DNA of 64,000 bases, from NCBI GenBank assembly GCA_951406725.2, contig OX597819.1:77872001-77936000 (forward strand). Direction: 5' to 3'. Position 1 is the stretch's first letter, and the number at the start of each line of letters is the position of its first letter. Source of the stretch: Octopus vulgaris. Lineage: Eukaryota. This document shows positions 25,059-36,861 of the stretch, one piece after another. The notes below the pieces were generated by a model. It was given only the letters and a program-made list of their open reading frames with translations, made no database searches and was not told the DNA's origin. The position numbers and the translations under genes are program-made.

Positions 25059-28000
25059 CGTTCTGCGGTTGGAGTAACTTTGAATGCCAAAGTTTGGGAC
25101 AAGACCCTCCAGGATTTTCCAGATGTATATCACTGCATATCTCTCCCGCCTCCGCTCCAGGGAGAAGAGGTTTAATACCTTCAGTCTTTCCCAGTAGCTG
25201 ACATTTTGCATTGAGACGATTTTCTTTGTGTAGCTTCTCTGAGTTGCTTCGAGTTCTGCTGTTTGTTTTATATTGTGTGGTGACCAAAGTTGGGAGCAGT
25301 AGTCCAAGCGGCTGAGGACAAATGTTTTCCATAGGACCATCAGTGTCTCCTTCTCTCTTGTTCTGAAAGTTCGGAGAATCCATCCAGCTAGCCGTCTGCA
25401 TTTTATCACCAGATTAGCAATATGCATTTGGAAAGATGCATCATTGCTCATGTCAATGCCCAGGTCACGCACTGATTTTGACTCAGGGATTGCAATTCTT
25501 CCTGGGCCAGTGTATCCAGTCTTCACGTCATTTACCTTTGTGTGCCAGTAGCGCAGGGCCTGGAACTTACCTGCATTAAACTGCATGTTGTTGTCCTCAG
25601 CCCACCTGTATATTGTGTCCAGCTCATGTTGCAGATGCGCAATATTTTCAGGGTTTTGTATTGCGTGGGAGACTTTTGTGTCATCTGCATAGCTAGCAAG
25701 GGTGGTCATCGTAGCAACTGAAGGCATGTCTGAAAGGGCCACTATGAACATCAGTGGCCCCAAGACAGTGCCCTGTGGGACACCGCTTGTTATTTGCGTT
25801 TCCCTGGAGGTGGCTCCATTGCTCACAACTGCCTGTTTTCTGTCTTTTAGGAAGTTGTGCAGCCACTCTCCAAGTTTCCCGCCTATGCCGAGACCACGCA
25901 GTTTGTGACAGATCATACCATGGTCGACTTTATCAAAGGCTTTTGCAAAGTCAAGATATATTACATCCACATTTGAGCCATTTAGTAGCTGTTTCAACAC
26001 CCAGTCATAGTGTTGCAGGAGCTGTGTTAGGCAGCCTCTACCTGGTCGAAATCCATGCTGGGTGTCAGACAGTAAGTCATTTTCTTCAAGGAACATGATT
26101 AGTTTCTTACGGACTATTCGTTCCATGACTTTGCTGATGTGTGAGGTCAGAGAGATAGGCCTATAATTTTTAGCATCTGCTCTGCTACCTCCCTTATGGA
26201 TAGGGCATATTACCCCCTCTTTCAGTTTGACTGGGAGCTTACCACTTGCAAGAAAGCTCTGAAAAAGAAGCTGTAGCGGTTTTGCAAGGGCTCGTTTGCA
26301 CGATTTGAGAAGGATCGCTGGGAATCCATCAGGTCCAGCAGCTGAGTTTGTGTCAATCTCATCAATGGCTAGTGTGATATCATCTTCTTCGATGTTGATG
26401 TACTCAATTTTTGTCTCTTTGGCCGCTGGTAAAGTGGCAAAGAATTCTTCTGGGTTGTTTACTTGCCTGTGTCCTAGAGGTGTAGTGAACACACTTTGGA
26501 ACTGTTCGTTCAGTATTTCACTTATCCTCGTGGGATTTCCTGTGAGAGAGCCATCTTTTTGGAAGAGAGGTCCTATTCTCTGGTGCACTGTGGCTGTCTC
26601 TTTGGCAAACTTAAAGAAAGCTTTAGGGTTTGATTTTATATTTTCTATTACCCAAGCTTCTTTATCTGCTCTCTCCTTTTCATGGGACTGATGTAGACTT
26701 TTCTCAGTTTCCATTAGCATTCTTTCGAGCCGAGACTTCTCACCACTTTTGGTGTGCTTGCTCAGGCGGTTTGCAATCCTTGTCCGTCGTCTCATAAGAA
26801 TCCTCCTTTCTCTAGGGATCCTGTTTTTATTCTTGTGTGTGCTGGCCCTGCACATTGGGACATATTTGTCACATATGGCTTGTATTATGGACATGAAGTG
26901 TTTGTGTTTCATGTTTATGTCCGGTGTGGAGAGACATTCAGGCCAATCCTGTTTGAGGATCTCTTTCTCAATCGACTTCCAGTTGGCTTTATGAAAGTTT
27001 AAGTTGGAGAGATGGTGGGTGCTTCGTATAGGCTGTGTGTCTGCGGGGGCTTTTGTTCCATACATAGACAGCTCTATTATGTTGTGATCCGAGATCATTG
27101 TCGGCATCACATTAACATTATGGATAATATCCATATTGTTTGTAAAGCAGAGATCCAGTATATTATCTGCCCTTGTTGGTTGCAGAACTATTTGCTCCAT
27201 GAAAGAGGTATTTGTGAGATGGAGCAGGGACTCCACCTGTGCCTGCTGATGGTGTGTCATCCCTGGGAGCATCTGCCCCCCAGGCCATTCCACATTGGGG
27301 AGGTTAAAGTCACCCATGAAGAATACACTGTTGTGCTGTTCAAGGTTGGTGAGGACTTCTCCTATTTTTGTTAGGCAGTCTTCAAACATGCCTGAGTGTT
27401 TTGGGGCGTCTGGTGGGCGATATGTAGTGCATATGACGATATTCAGTTGTCTTATGTGTACAATTTGAGTTTCACATACTGAGTTTGAATATGACAGCAG
27501 GACCTGGGGCGTGAGGTCATCTCGGATGTACATTGCAACTCCACCATGGCTCCTCCCTTTTCTATCTGTGCGTATGACTGCATATTGCGGCATGTGTATT
27601 TCTGCATCACCTATATCGGGTTCAAGATGCGTTTCTGTGAGTGCCATGCATATAGCTTGATTGCATGTCACAAGGTCTCTCAGGAATGAAATTTTCTTTT
27701 TACAGTTTCCGCGCAGCAGCCCTCCTACATTCAGTAGAAATATTTTTGTGGTGTGTGTGTTGGTGTTGGTGTCTGTGGTGGCCATCCTGCATCTGTTGGA
27801 GGTGGCCTTATGTGGTGGTAGTTCCAGCTTTGTGCTTGTAGCCAGGTCAGCTGCTGAACAATTTTTTGTGCCATGCACAAAAAAAGACTGCTGTTCAGCT
27901 GCCGCCCTTCTCACATCTGGGTGAAGCTGGCCACCTGTTGGGTTTCCGCGCACCACATCTGCATACCGTCTTTCAGTAGTGGTCAGTGCGCTTTTTTCCC

Positions 28001-28628
28001 TTCTTTTAACTTTTTGTTTTTGTTCTCCCTGAGGGAGGGACCTCTGTCTCGCGTCCGTGCAGTTTTGGTAGGGCCTCCGATGTGCAAAGCGACAGTTTGC
28101 ACCTTCAACGCCGTACCAGCAGTCCCCCTCAGGTAGAATTCTGCAGGTGTTTCTTTCCCTACCCTTACAGTTTTTGCTGGGGTCCCTCTGCTTTCTCTGG
28201 ACAGGGCTTCCTTTAGCCTTGATTCTGTCACACTTTACCTCCTGCTTCCCATCAATTCCAGGGTGCCTTTCCTTTCTTGCGGCCATCGCACCTCTTTGGT
28301 CTTCAGTTGTGGTGTTGGAAGCTGGACATGTGTCATCGTTTCCCTGTGTTCCAGGCTTCTCCATTTGGCTCTGGATGCTTTCCTCATCCTTTTGGCCCTC
28401 CCTGCTGCCGTCACCTCCCAGGATGATGTCCAGGGTGTCCACATGTTGCCTGATTAGAGCGTACGAACGGATAACTTCTCTCTTCTTTCGCTCTATCTGG
28501 GCGGTGGTTCTCGAAAAATTGTTGCTTTTCAGCGCCGCAGCAATAATGTCGTTCGGCGAGTCGTCCTCAGCGATCTTCCAAGCGCGGACGAACAATTGCA
28601 CCTCTCTCGCAGACCAGTTTCTTGCCAT
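24942..28628 (-). CDS. LINE polyprotein: Myb/SANT-like domain + CCCH-like finger + APE endonuclease + reverse transcriptase (1228 aa as sequenced)
   Basis: N-term WSAREVQLFVRAW...RTTAQIERKK; C-x7-C-x8-C-x3-H at 28080-28145; APE motifs LLNVGGL, LTETHL, GGVAMYI, YRPP, GDFNLP, LDLCF, SDH; RT motifs NYRPISL, LDFAKAFDKV, GVPQGTVLGP, YADD (25680-25691). Confidence 0.95.
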   Translation of the reverse strand: MARNWSAREVQLFVRAWKIAEDDSPNDIIAAALKSNNFSRTTAQIERKKREVIRSYALIRQHVDTLDIILGGDGSREGQKDEESIQSQMEKPGTQGNDDTCPASNTTTEDQRGAMAARKERHPGIDGKQEVKCDRIKAKGSPVQRKQRDPSKNCKGRERNTCRILPEGDCWYGVEGANCRFAHRRPYQNCTDARQRSLPQGEQKQKVKRREKSALTTTERRYADVVRGNPTGGQLHPDVRRAAAEQQSFFVHGTKNCSAADLATSTKLELPPHKATSNRCRMATTDTNTNTHTTKIFLLNVGGLLRGNCKKKISFLRDLVTCNQAICMALTETHLEPDIGDAEIHMPQYAVIRTDRKGRSHGGVAMYIRDDLTPQVLLSYSNSVCETQIVHIRQLNIVICTTYRPPDAPKHSGMFEDCLTKIGEVLTNLEQHNSVFFMGDFNLPNVEWPGGQMLPGMTHHQQAQVESLLHLTNTSFMEQIVLQPTRADNILDLCFTNNMDIIHNVNVMPTMISDHNIIELSMYGTKAPADTQPIRSTHHLSNLNFHKANWKSIEKEILKQDWPECLSTPDINMKHKHFMSIIQAICDKYVPMCRASTHKNKNRIPRERRILMRRRTRIANRLSKHTKSGEKSRLERMLMETEKSLHQSHEKERADKEAWVIENIKSNPKAFFKFAKETATVHQRIGPLFQKDGSLTGNPTRISEILNEQFQSVFTTPLGHRQVNNPEEFFATLPAAKETKIEYINIEEDDITLAIDEIDTNSAAGPDGFPAILLKSCKRALAKPLQLLFQSFLASGKLPVKLKEGVICPIHKGGSRADAKNYRPISLTSHISKVMERIVRKKLIMFLEENDLLSDTQHGFRPGRGCLTQLLQHYDWVLKQLLNGSNVDVIYLDFAKAFDKVDHGMICHKLRGLGIGGKLGEWLHNFLKDRKQAVVSNGATSRETQITSGVPQGTVLGPLMFIVALSDMPSVATMTTLASYADDTKVSHAIQNPENIAHLQHELDTIYRWAEDNNMQFNAGKFQALRYWHTKVNDVKTGYTGPGRIAIPESKSVRDLGIDMSNDASFQMHIANLVIKCRRLAGWILRTFRTREKETLMVLWKTFVLSRLDYCSQLWSPHNIKQTAELEATQRSYTKKIVSMQNVSYWERLKVLNLFSLERRRERYAVIYIWKILEGLVPNFGIQSYSNRRTGAAAWCQGFQHHHQNTGPDTATAWVSEDHSSLTSSLNA

Positions 28629-29473
28629 TTTCTTCTAGTGAAATATAGGAACAGAGAGAGAGATAGAGAAGGAGAGATATGGAGAGGGAGAAGAGAAAGG
28701 AGAAAAGCCAGGGGGGGATAGAGAGAGAGACGAGGGGATTTTCCTGAGAGAAGAGAGAAAGAGAGAAAATAAGAGGGAAAAAAGAGAAAGAGAAAGGTGA
28801 GAGAATGGCAGGTCAGCAGGGGAGAGTGAGCGGGATAGAGGTGTAGTAGAAAGGGACAGGGTGGAAAAGTGAGACAAGAGGGTGGACCCTAGGGGGGGCA
28901 GGGAGAAGAAAGGCGGAGAGATAAAATGGAGAGGAAGAGAGAGATGAAATGGAGAGGGAGAGAGAGAGAGGGCAGGATAGAGGTACCAGGGAGTGAAGTA
29001 AAGGGACAGAGAGGGTGGTGTGGAGGAAGGAGACAGAGAGAGGAAAAAAGAGACAGGGGGGTGGTGAGCCTTAGAGGGAACAGGGAGAGGAAAGGTAGGA
29101 AGAAAAAAGGGGGAAGAGGAAGAGAGGGGGCGCAACAAAGTGTAGTAAAGGGACAGGGAGGGTGGTGTAGAGAAAGAAATAAGGGGACAGAAGGGGAAGA
29201 GGAAAAGGGGTTTGACCTGTGAAGGAGCGGAGAGGAAAGAGGCAAAGAGAGGGAGGGGGAGTAACAGAGAGAGAGAGAGAGAAAGAGGGCGGTATATAGA
29301 TACAAGAGAGAATGAGTGAAGTTGAGGAACTGAGAGAGGGGGTGAGGTGAGAGAAAGTTGATCTGAGAGAGAGGCAGAAAGAGAAACGATTGCAGAGGGA
29401 GAGAGAGGGAGGAGGGGAGAGTGAGAGCGGAAATAGAGGGTCTGGTGGATGGGGAGACAGATAAGGTATAAAC

Positions 29474-29773
29474 TGTATGAGAGAGATAGAAATAGAAATG
29501 TAAGAAAGAGAGGGAGAGATTATAAAGATAGAATAGCGCGTATTTTTATATCTTTTTAATTATTATTTTCTGTTTGAAAGAACACTAATGATAACAAATA
29601 ATAAAAATGTATGAGAGAGATAGAAATAGAAATGTAAAAAAGAGAAAGAGAGAGTGCGTGGCAGGCACGAAATTATAAAGATTATAAAGATAGAATACCG
29701 CGTATTTTTATATTTTTATATCTTTTTTGTTTTTTTAATTATTTTCTGTTTGAAAGAACACTAATGATAACAA
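29474..29773. repeat. Tandem duplication (~125-165 bp units) upstream of the LINE
   Basis: TGTATGAGAGAGATAGAAATAGAAATGTAA...TGTTTGAAAGAACACTAATGATAACAA occurs twice. Confidence 0.85.
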
Positions 29774-30002
29774 GATAAATATATCTTACCTACCGGCTAT
29801 ACTTACGTGATATATATAGACAAGACAGACCTTTTATATTCCTCCCCAAGCGCACTTTGTAAACAAAAGGGGTTTGAGTTTCGTAGCACATCAACAGTTT
29901 CACGTAATATTTTCCATATATATATATATATATATATATATATGGTAAATGGGGGGTTGTGTTGACCGCAGCTGGAGAAATGATACGAGAGGGAAAATTA
30001 TG

Positions 30003-30092
30003 ATAAGGCAGAATGCTAAATTGAAAGTAAATTTTAATAAACATACACCCATGTTTATTAAAATTTACTTTCAATTTAGCATTCTGCCTTAT
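30003..30092. repeat. Perfect inverted repeat, 42-bp arms, 6-nt loop
   Basis: ATAAGGCAGAATGCTAAATTGAAAGTAAATTTTAATAAACAT-ACACCC-reverse complement. Confidence 0.95.
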
Positions 30093-30105
30093 AATTTTTA
30101 TATCT

Positions 30106-30169
<64 letters not shown>

Positions 30170-30631
30170 AGTGAGTGGACAAACGAAAAAAAGGCACTCA
30201 ATTTATTGGGAGTTACATGTATGGCTTCAAAACAGTTTGATCCAAATTCGTTGGTACTAGTGCGATGCTAGTCGTCAGCCATTTTAAATTCGAATGACAT
30301 AAGGTGATTGCTATTACCATAAGAAGGGCTACGATTGATCGAGGAAGATCACGCGGTGTCGTGGTTTGATGTTGGCATATGGGTAACAGTTAGTTGGAAA
30401 ATACCGCATAGCGAACAGGAAATTGACCACGTGGAGGACAGGAAACAGACTAGAAGTCAGTGAATTTGTTGGTGGGGAGTAGGAAGGGTTGGCATGTGAG
30501 TGTGTAGACGCGCTCATATAGTTTTGTGTCCATGTGAATATTGATGCACACAGTCGTTACTGATGGGGATATGTTGGATTGTTGGTATGGTTGTTTTTGT
30601 ATATGTGGAATAGTGTTATAACACATCCTTT

Positions 30632-30676
<45 letters not shown>

Positions 30677-30803
30677 AATAATATTAATAATAATAATGAT
30701 AATAATAATAATAATAATAATAGTAGGGTAAAAATCACTAATGATTTATACCAAGTGGTCAACGCGGATATAAAACCTCATAGGTACATTTTATAAATAA
30801 TTC

Positions 30804-31076
30804 ACCACGCACTGAAAAACAGACGTCAAGAGACACTATTACCACTATAAGTTCTCCAAGAGAAATACACTACATAAAAGGCTAGCATACATGATCGTGT
30901 TTCGGGCTTAAAGTAATAAAAATAAAACATTACCTATTGCCTTCATCAGCGTACTCCTGGTACTCCGAGGTGTTGATTCATTTTCTTTCTTTTACTAGCC
31001 TTTTATGTCGTGTGTTTCTCTCGGAGAACTTATAGTGGTAATAGTGTCTCTTGACGTCTATTTTTCAGTGCGTGGT
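30804..31076. mobile_element. Penelope-like inverted pseudo-LTR fragment with a hammerhead motif in the loop
   Basis: 82-bp arms 30804-30885 / 30995-31076; loop minus strand CUGAUGA-AGGC...GCCC-GAAACACGAUC (30893-30949). Confidence 0.65.
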
Positions 31077-31104
31077 AAGGCACAAGCCAAGCTCTTGTTA
31101 TAAT

Positions 31105-31159
<55 letters not shown>

Positions 31160-31297
31160 TATAAGCATTATCTTGTGTTTGAGAATAAAATTATTTCCTT
31201 ATCTGTATCTTTCAATGCACCTCAACGCTTCTAAAAGCAAACATTGTTTAACTTTCAACGTAAGTTGAATTTAACCTGTATATATACATACATACAT

Positions 31298-31450
<153 letters not shown>

Positions 31451-33462
31451 GGTAAAAAGTTGTTTTAAATCTCTGAGCGCGAGATATACAGTAACAGTAC
31501 CGAATCGTAATGTCTTTATGCCAACAGAATGTGACAGTCTTCTAAAGGACGATGTTACTGTTGTTTTGGCCCCAGGAAAAGCCTTTTTCCAGCTGGCTGT
31601 CGACACACAGTTTGTGTCTGCAGATAGTATTTGCAAGGGAGGTAATCGCGCCCATCTTTAGCCTTACGTGATACTCACAAAGCTAGGTTTCTGGTTGTTA
31701 TCCGTCCGCAGCGTGAGACAATCACAAGCTAGTGACGAAAGCTCTCTCTCCCCTTGCAAATACAATATATTTTTTAAGTGGCACAGTCGCTGATCTCGTA
31801 TATAGAAAAACAACTTGTTTTAAATCTCTGAGTCATTGATATTTTATCTGACTCTTATTTCTAGCAAAGCTGGTACTTCTAGTACCTTTATATATTTATA
31901 AATCTGCCTATACAGTTTTATGCTTGCTGGCCACTAGTATTACTATTATTTCTTATTGATAATGATATCATTATATATATAGATGGAACAAAAGCGTAAT
32001 AGAAGACTTTAAAACATTCGGACAGATAGACGATACAAAGGCGGACAAGAGAAACAACAATTAGGACAGAGCTTTCTTTCTTCAGTCAAGTTCCAGAAGT
32101 CACGACCAGTTCGAGCAGTTACACTTGAGATGGTTCGATCTGGTTGCCCCCTAAAAAAGTCTAAGCTAAGAGCATTAGACCCCTTTGTAAGAAAGCTAGC
32201 GAGCGAATGTGTACGGCATTAAAGACAAAAAGAAAGAAATAAGAAAATTATAAAACGGAGAAAATGATACACAATTACGAATACAAACAACAAGAAATAA
32301 CAAGTGTCTTTAGACTGAGAACGAATCAAATTGAGCTAGCGTATATGAAGTAAAAGCCTAAAGGGGGGAACATAGGATATGGACACAAAAGGTGTTGGCT
32401 GACCGGGCACCGGTCACGTTGAAGGAGGAGAGATGGGTAGGGGGCAGCGGAATTGAAGGATTAGAAAAAATCTGAGACAAAGAGAAAGGTACAAGGGAAT
32501 AGTGGGAATAGTGGGAGTTAAAGAAAGAGAGGGCCAAGAAATGTGAGAGAGGGGTAGCGAGGAGAAGGAAGAAAAATGAGAAGGGGAATTAATATATATA
32601 TATATATGCATGCATACACACACATACATACATACATACATACATACATACAAACATACATACATACATACATACGCACGTACGTACGTACACGTACACA
32701 CATGCTCATAGATACATACATATAGAAACATGGACGCGAGCGCTCACGCATACAAATGGCTTCAGGTAAATGACACTTGCCAAGGGGCAGTGCAGTATGA
32801 TCGAACCAGAGTACTTCGTGGTTTCCGAAGTGTTCTTCGACCATACTTGCATGTGTCCTAAATATCGTTGTTGCTATTGTTACCGTCCTAGTTACTACTA
32901 CTGCACCTACACACGCACACACTTACAAACACACATAGCTGTAAACACATGCACACATACTTGTACACACACTTGCACGAACACACTCAGACTCATCCAT
33001 GTCCATACTCTCACAAATACGTACGCATACGAAACGCCATTCATCACGCAATTTAACACGCCAACTTAAAGACTACATTAATAATTACGTTATTACAGAA
33101 AATTGATGTTATATTTTGACCATTCTTGACTTCAGTTTTGCTGATTAAAAGTTTACGAATAATTACTCCTTAAATTCTTTATTTTTTGTTTTTTACATTT
33201 TATATTTTATTTCATTCTTGAGTTTTTATTTTCGTTCCGTTTATTTTTACGATTATTTTTTTTTTGCCATTTACATTTTCTTTTTACGCTGTTTCATTTC
33301 GTTGTTACCACTTACTTGTTTTCTTTCTACCCAAATTGTTTCGTTTTAGCCCTTGGTTTCCCCTGACTTCATCCTGATCAACCATAATATGTCTCAGTCT
33401 ACATAATCCAATATGCTATTCCGTACTGCAAGATATACCAATGGAACTTTTACATAAACAGG

Positions 33463-33632
33463 CCTAGGCATGGCTGTGTAGTTTAGAAATTCTCTTTACA
33501 ATCTAACCACGTAGATTCGGGTTCAGTTCCACAGCACAATACTCAGGGAAAATGTCTTCTACAGTAGTCTCTGTACGACCAAAAAGTTTTGAGTGAATTT
33601 AGTAGGCAGAAACTGTGCGGAAGCTTGTCGTA
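33463..33632 (+). mobile_element. SINE family B 5' half, diverged
   Basis: AGGCATGGCTGTGTAG...GGTTCAGTTCCAC...GAAACTG. Confidence 0.7.
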
Positions 33633-33997
33633 TGTGTGTGTGTGTGAATATATATTTATACATATATATATATAATGCTGTTTTTTTTTTTAATAAGTTG
33701 TAGCGATCAAAAGGTAAACTTAGGTTGTTTTGTTTTTCTCTCGGAACAGCAAAAACATTAGTAACGCTACTCCCATCACAATGTATGTATGTATGTATGT
33801 ATGTATGTATGTATGTATGTATGTATGTATGTATGTATGTATGTATGTATGTATGTATGTATGTATGTATGTATGAATGTACGTACGTACGTACCTATGT
33901 ATGTATGCATGCATGCAAGTATGTATGTATGTATGTATGTATGTATGTATGTATGTATGTATGTATGTATGTATGTATGTATGTATGTATGTATGTA

Positions 33998-34044
<47 letters not shown>

Positions 34045-34045
<1 letters not shown>

Positions 34046-34745
34046 CTCTTATTATTTAATTATTTAAATTCCTCCTCTGAGGAAGGAGCTCGTTTGTAAC
34101 AAAGATACAAAGCTCTATCATTGGAATGAAGATATAAATATCAATGTCGCATTTTAAACTTGAGAAAAGTCTTGCATATTTTTACTGTTCCACTTGTATT
34201 TGTAACGTGTGTGATAGTTGATTGATTTTTTATTCTGAAAACCCTCTCTTTCCCGACTGTCACTTAAACATTTACTCACAAAACCAAATGCATCGTTTAT
34301 TTTTGGTATAAATGCGACTTCGATTATAATCTGGATATAGAACCTGGAGGTTTCGAAGCAGATGTCCGAAGTTATCACCCTTCAATTCGATTTTCAAAAA
34401 GATATTCGCATCAGCAGGGCAGCTAACCTCTATGATGGAACACACGTTTTTTTTTTTGTCCTAAACAACAGCATCTGGCTTGTTATGATAGACATTTTGA
34501 TGGGAATGTTCCACCATTATTCCTTGCACTAGTATTTGTGTACGTATTCAATAACAAGGGGATTCTCTATATTTATTCCAGAACAGTCTTTTTTTCTGAA
34601 TAGTATTGTTTATTGTTTTTGCAAACAACGTAGAGAGGTAGTACATTGATGACATTTTTGGTTAACTGCTAATCACATGTGAGATGTCTTCCACAAAAAT
34701 ATGACATAATCGACATTTTCGGTTGCATCTTAAAGCTCAAAAGGT
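34045..34745 (-). mobile_element. Decayed Dong/R4-type LINE: CCHC finger + restriction-like endonuclease + 3' UTR
   Basis: Minus strand fragments CRLCHIFVEDISHVISS*PKMS, WWNIPIK, HNKPDAVV, IIEVSCPADAN, LLRNLQVLYPDY and SGTVKICKTFLKF*. Confidence 0.85.
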
Positions 34746-35025
34746 ACTTCTTTTGTTTATGTATGTATGTATTATGTATGCGCGTCCGTGCATATACATA
34801 TACATATATGAGTGTGTGTATGTATATATATATATATATATATATTATGTATGTGTTTGATAAGAAGCTTGCTTCCCAACCACATGGTTCTCAAAAGGTG
34901 CCTCTTTTGTTTATGTTTGTATGTATGTATGTATGTATGTATGTATGTATGTATGTATGTATGTATGTATGTATGTATGTATGTATGTATGTGCGTGCGT
35001 GCGTGCATACACATATACATATATA

Positions 35026-35058
<33 letters not shown>

Positions 35059-35084
35059 GTATATGTGTGTGTGTGTGTGTATTT

Positions 35085-35217
35085 TGTAAGAAGCTTGCTT
35101 CCCAACCACATGGTTCTGTGTTCGGTTCCCACTGCGTGGAATCTTGGGCGAGTGTCTTCTACTATATCCTCGAGTCGACCAAACTGGGTCTGGTAAACGG
35201 AAACTGAAAGAAGCCCG

Positions 35218-35284
<67 letters not shown>

Positions 35285-35575
35285 TGTATGTATGTATGTA
35301 TGTATGCATATATGTATATATGTTTATGTAGATGTGTCTGTGTGTCTCTTTGAGTTTGTGTTTGTCCCCTACCCCCACCGTTTGACATGCGGCGTTAGTT
35401 TGTTTACGTCCCCGTAACTTACCAGTTCAGCAAAAGCGACCGATAGAATAAGTACTAGGCTTTAAAAAAAGTAAGTCCTACGGTGGATTTGTTTGACCAA
35501 AACCCTTCAAGGCGGTGCTCCAGCATGGCCGCAGCCAGCTGACTGACACAAGTAAAATGAAAGAATGAAAGAATA
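35085..35575 (+). mobile_element. SINE family B
   Basis: Head, internal TA/TATG microsatellite and 3' GGCGGTGCTCCAGCATGGCCGC. Confidence 0.9.
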
Positions 35576-35904
35576 AGAATACACATATGCATATGTGCGT
35601 GTTTCTGTATGCGTGTGTGTATGCATGTATATGTATTTGTATGTGCGTAAGTATATGTGTACGGACGTACGTATGGATGGATGGATGCATGTATGTACAT
35701 AACTATCGTAGTGAAATGGTAGAGAAATGACAGAAGTGGTTGTGTGGAATTAAGTGTCTTGCAGCAGTTTGCAATTAAATCCTGTCCACTATGTTTTCCT
35801 TTTCTTCCTCTTTACCTTTAATCCTCCGTATAGCGAAGAAATAATAAGTACCAGTCATGAACTGAGATCGATTTAATCGATTATATTACCCTCTCTCTCT
35901 TTTT

Positions 35905-36110
35905 TTACTCTTTTTACTTGTTTCAGTCATTTGACCGCGGCCATGCTGGAGCACCGCCTTTAGTCGAACAACTCGACCCCGGGACTTATTTTTTTGTAAG
36001 CCCAGTACTTATTCTATCGGTCTCTTTTGCCGAACCGCTAAGTTACGGGGACGTAAACACACCAGCATCGGTTGTCAAGCAATGCTAGGGGGACAAACAC
36101 AGACACACAA

Positions 36111-36161
<51 letters not shown>

Positions 36162-36319
36162 CGACAGGCTTCTTTCAGTTTCCGTCTACCAAATCCACTC
36201 ACAAGGCATTGGTCGGCCCGGGGCTATAGCAGAAGACACTTGCCCAAGATGCCACGCAGTGGGACTGAACCCGGAACCATGTGGTTGGTTAGCAAGCTAC
36301 TTACCACACAGCCACTCCT
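35905..36319 (-). mobile_element. SINE family B, young copy
   Basis: Closely matches 57356-57755. Confidence 0.95.
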
Positions 36320-36861
36320 AATGAATTTGTAACCCAGGGCAAATGTGGTTAATCATTCTTATCGCTAATGACGCCTAACAGTCGCATCATAGTCACATCA
36401 CATCTGACATCATATTACGGGCTATAACATCTGTTAAGTATTTCCAGTTATTTCTGCGACAGCCGCTAGCTTTTATACAATAAAAGCGGATTATCTTTTT
36501 TTTTTTAGATATATATTTCGTTATAAAGAAATAGGTTAGTGTGTGAGAGGTTCAAACAACCTCGGACCCAATTATTTTTATTGAAAGTAAAATATTTTTT
36601 GTATAGTGGTTGCGATTTTACGCATGCGTACAAACATCCACTATTCCTTCATCCATCTATATGCATGCATGCATCCAACCGTCCATCCAGCCCGTCCAAC
36701 CAGCCAGCCATCCATCCAGCCATCCATCCTTCCGCCCATGCATCCATCCATCCAGCCCTACACACATATCTACCCCTACACACATACATACGTATACACA
36801 CACACACATACATACATACATACATACATACATACATACATACATACATACATACATACAT

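Larger units (their letters stand above)
24691..29470 (-). mobile_element. Near full-length CR1-group (CR1/L2/Crack-like) LINE retrotransposon
   Basis: APE+RT ORF, short 3' UTR, terminal 8-bp tandem repeat (TTTAAGGA)3 abutting (TA)n and pyrimidine-rich 5' leader; the 5' boundary is uncertain (could extend to ~29775). Confidence 0.9.

Noticed and set aside
24959-28638. Plus-strand ORFs overlapping the LINE
   Set aside because: They are short antisense shadows of the RT/APE coding frame.
34077-34125. Plus-strand CUGAGGA hammerhead candidate
   Set aside because: No GAAA follows the stem; it is the antisense of a Dong/R4 3' UTR hairpin.
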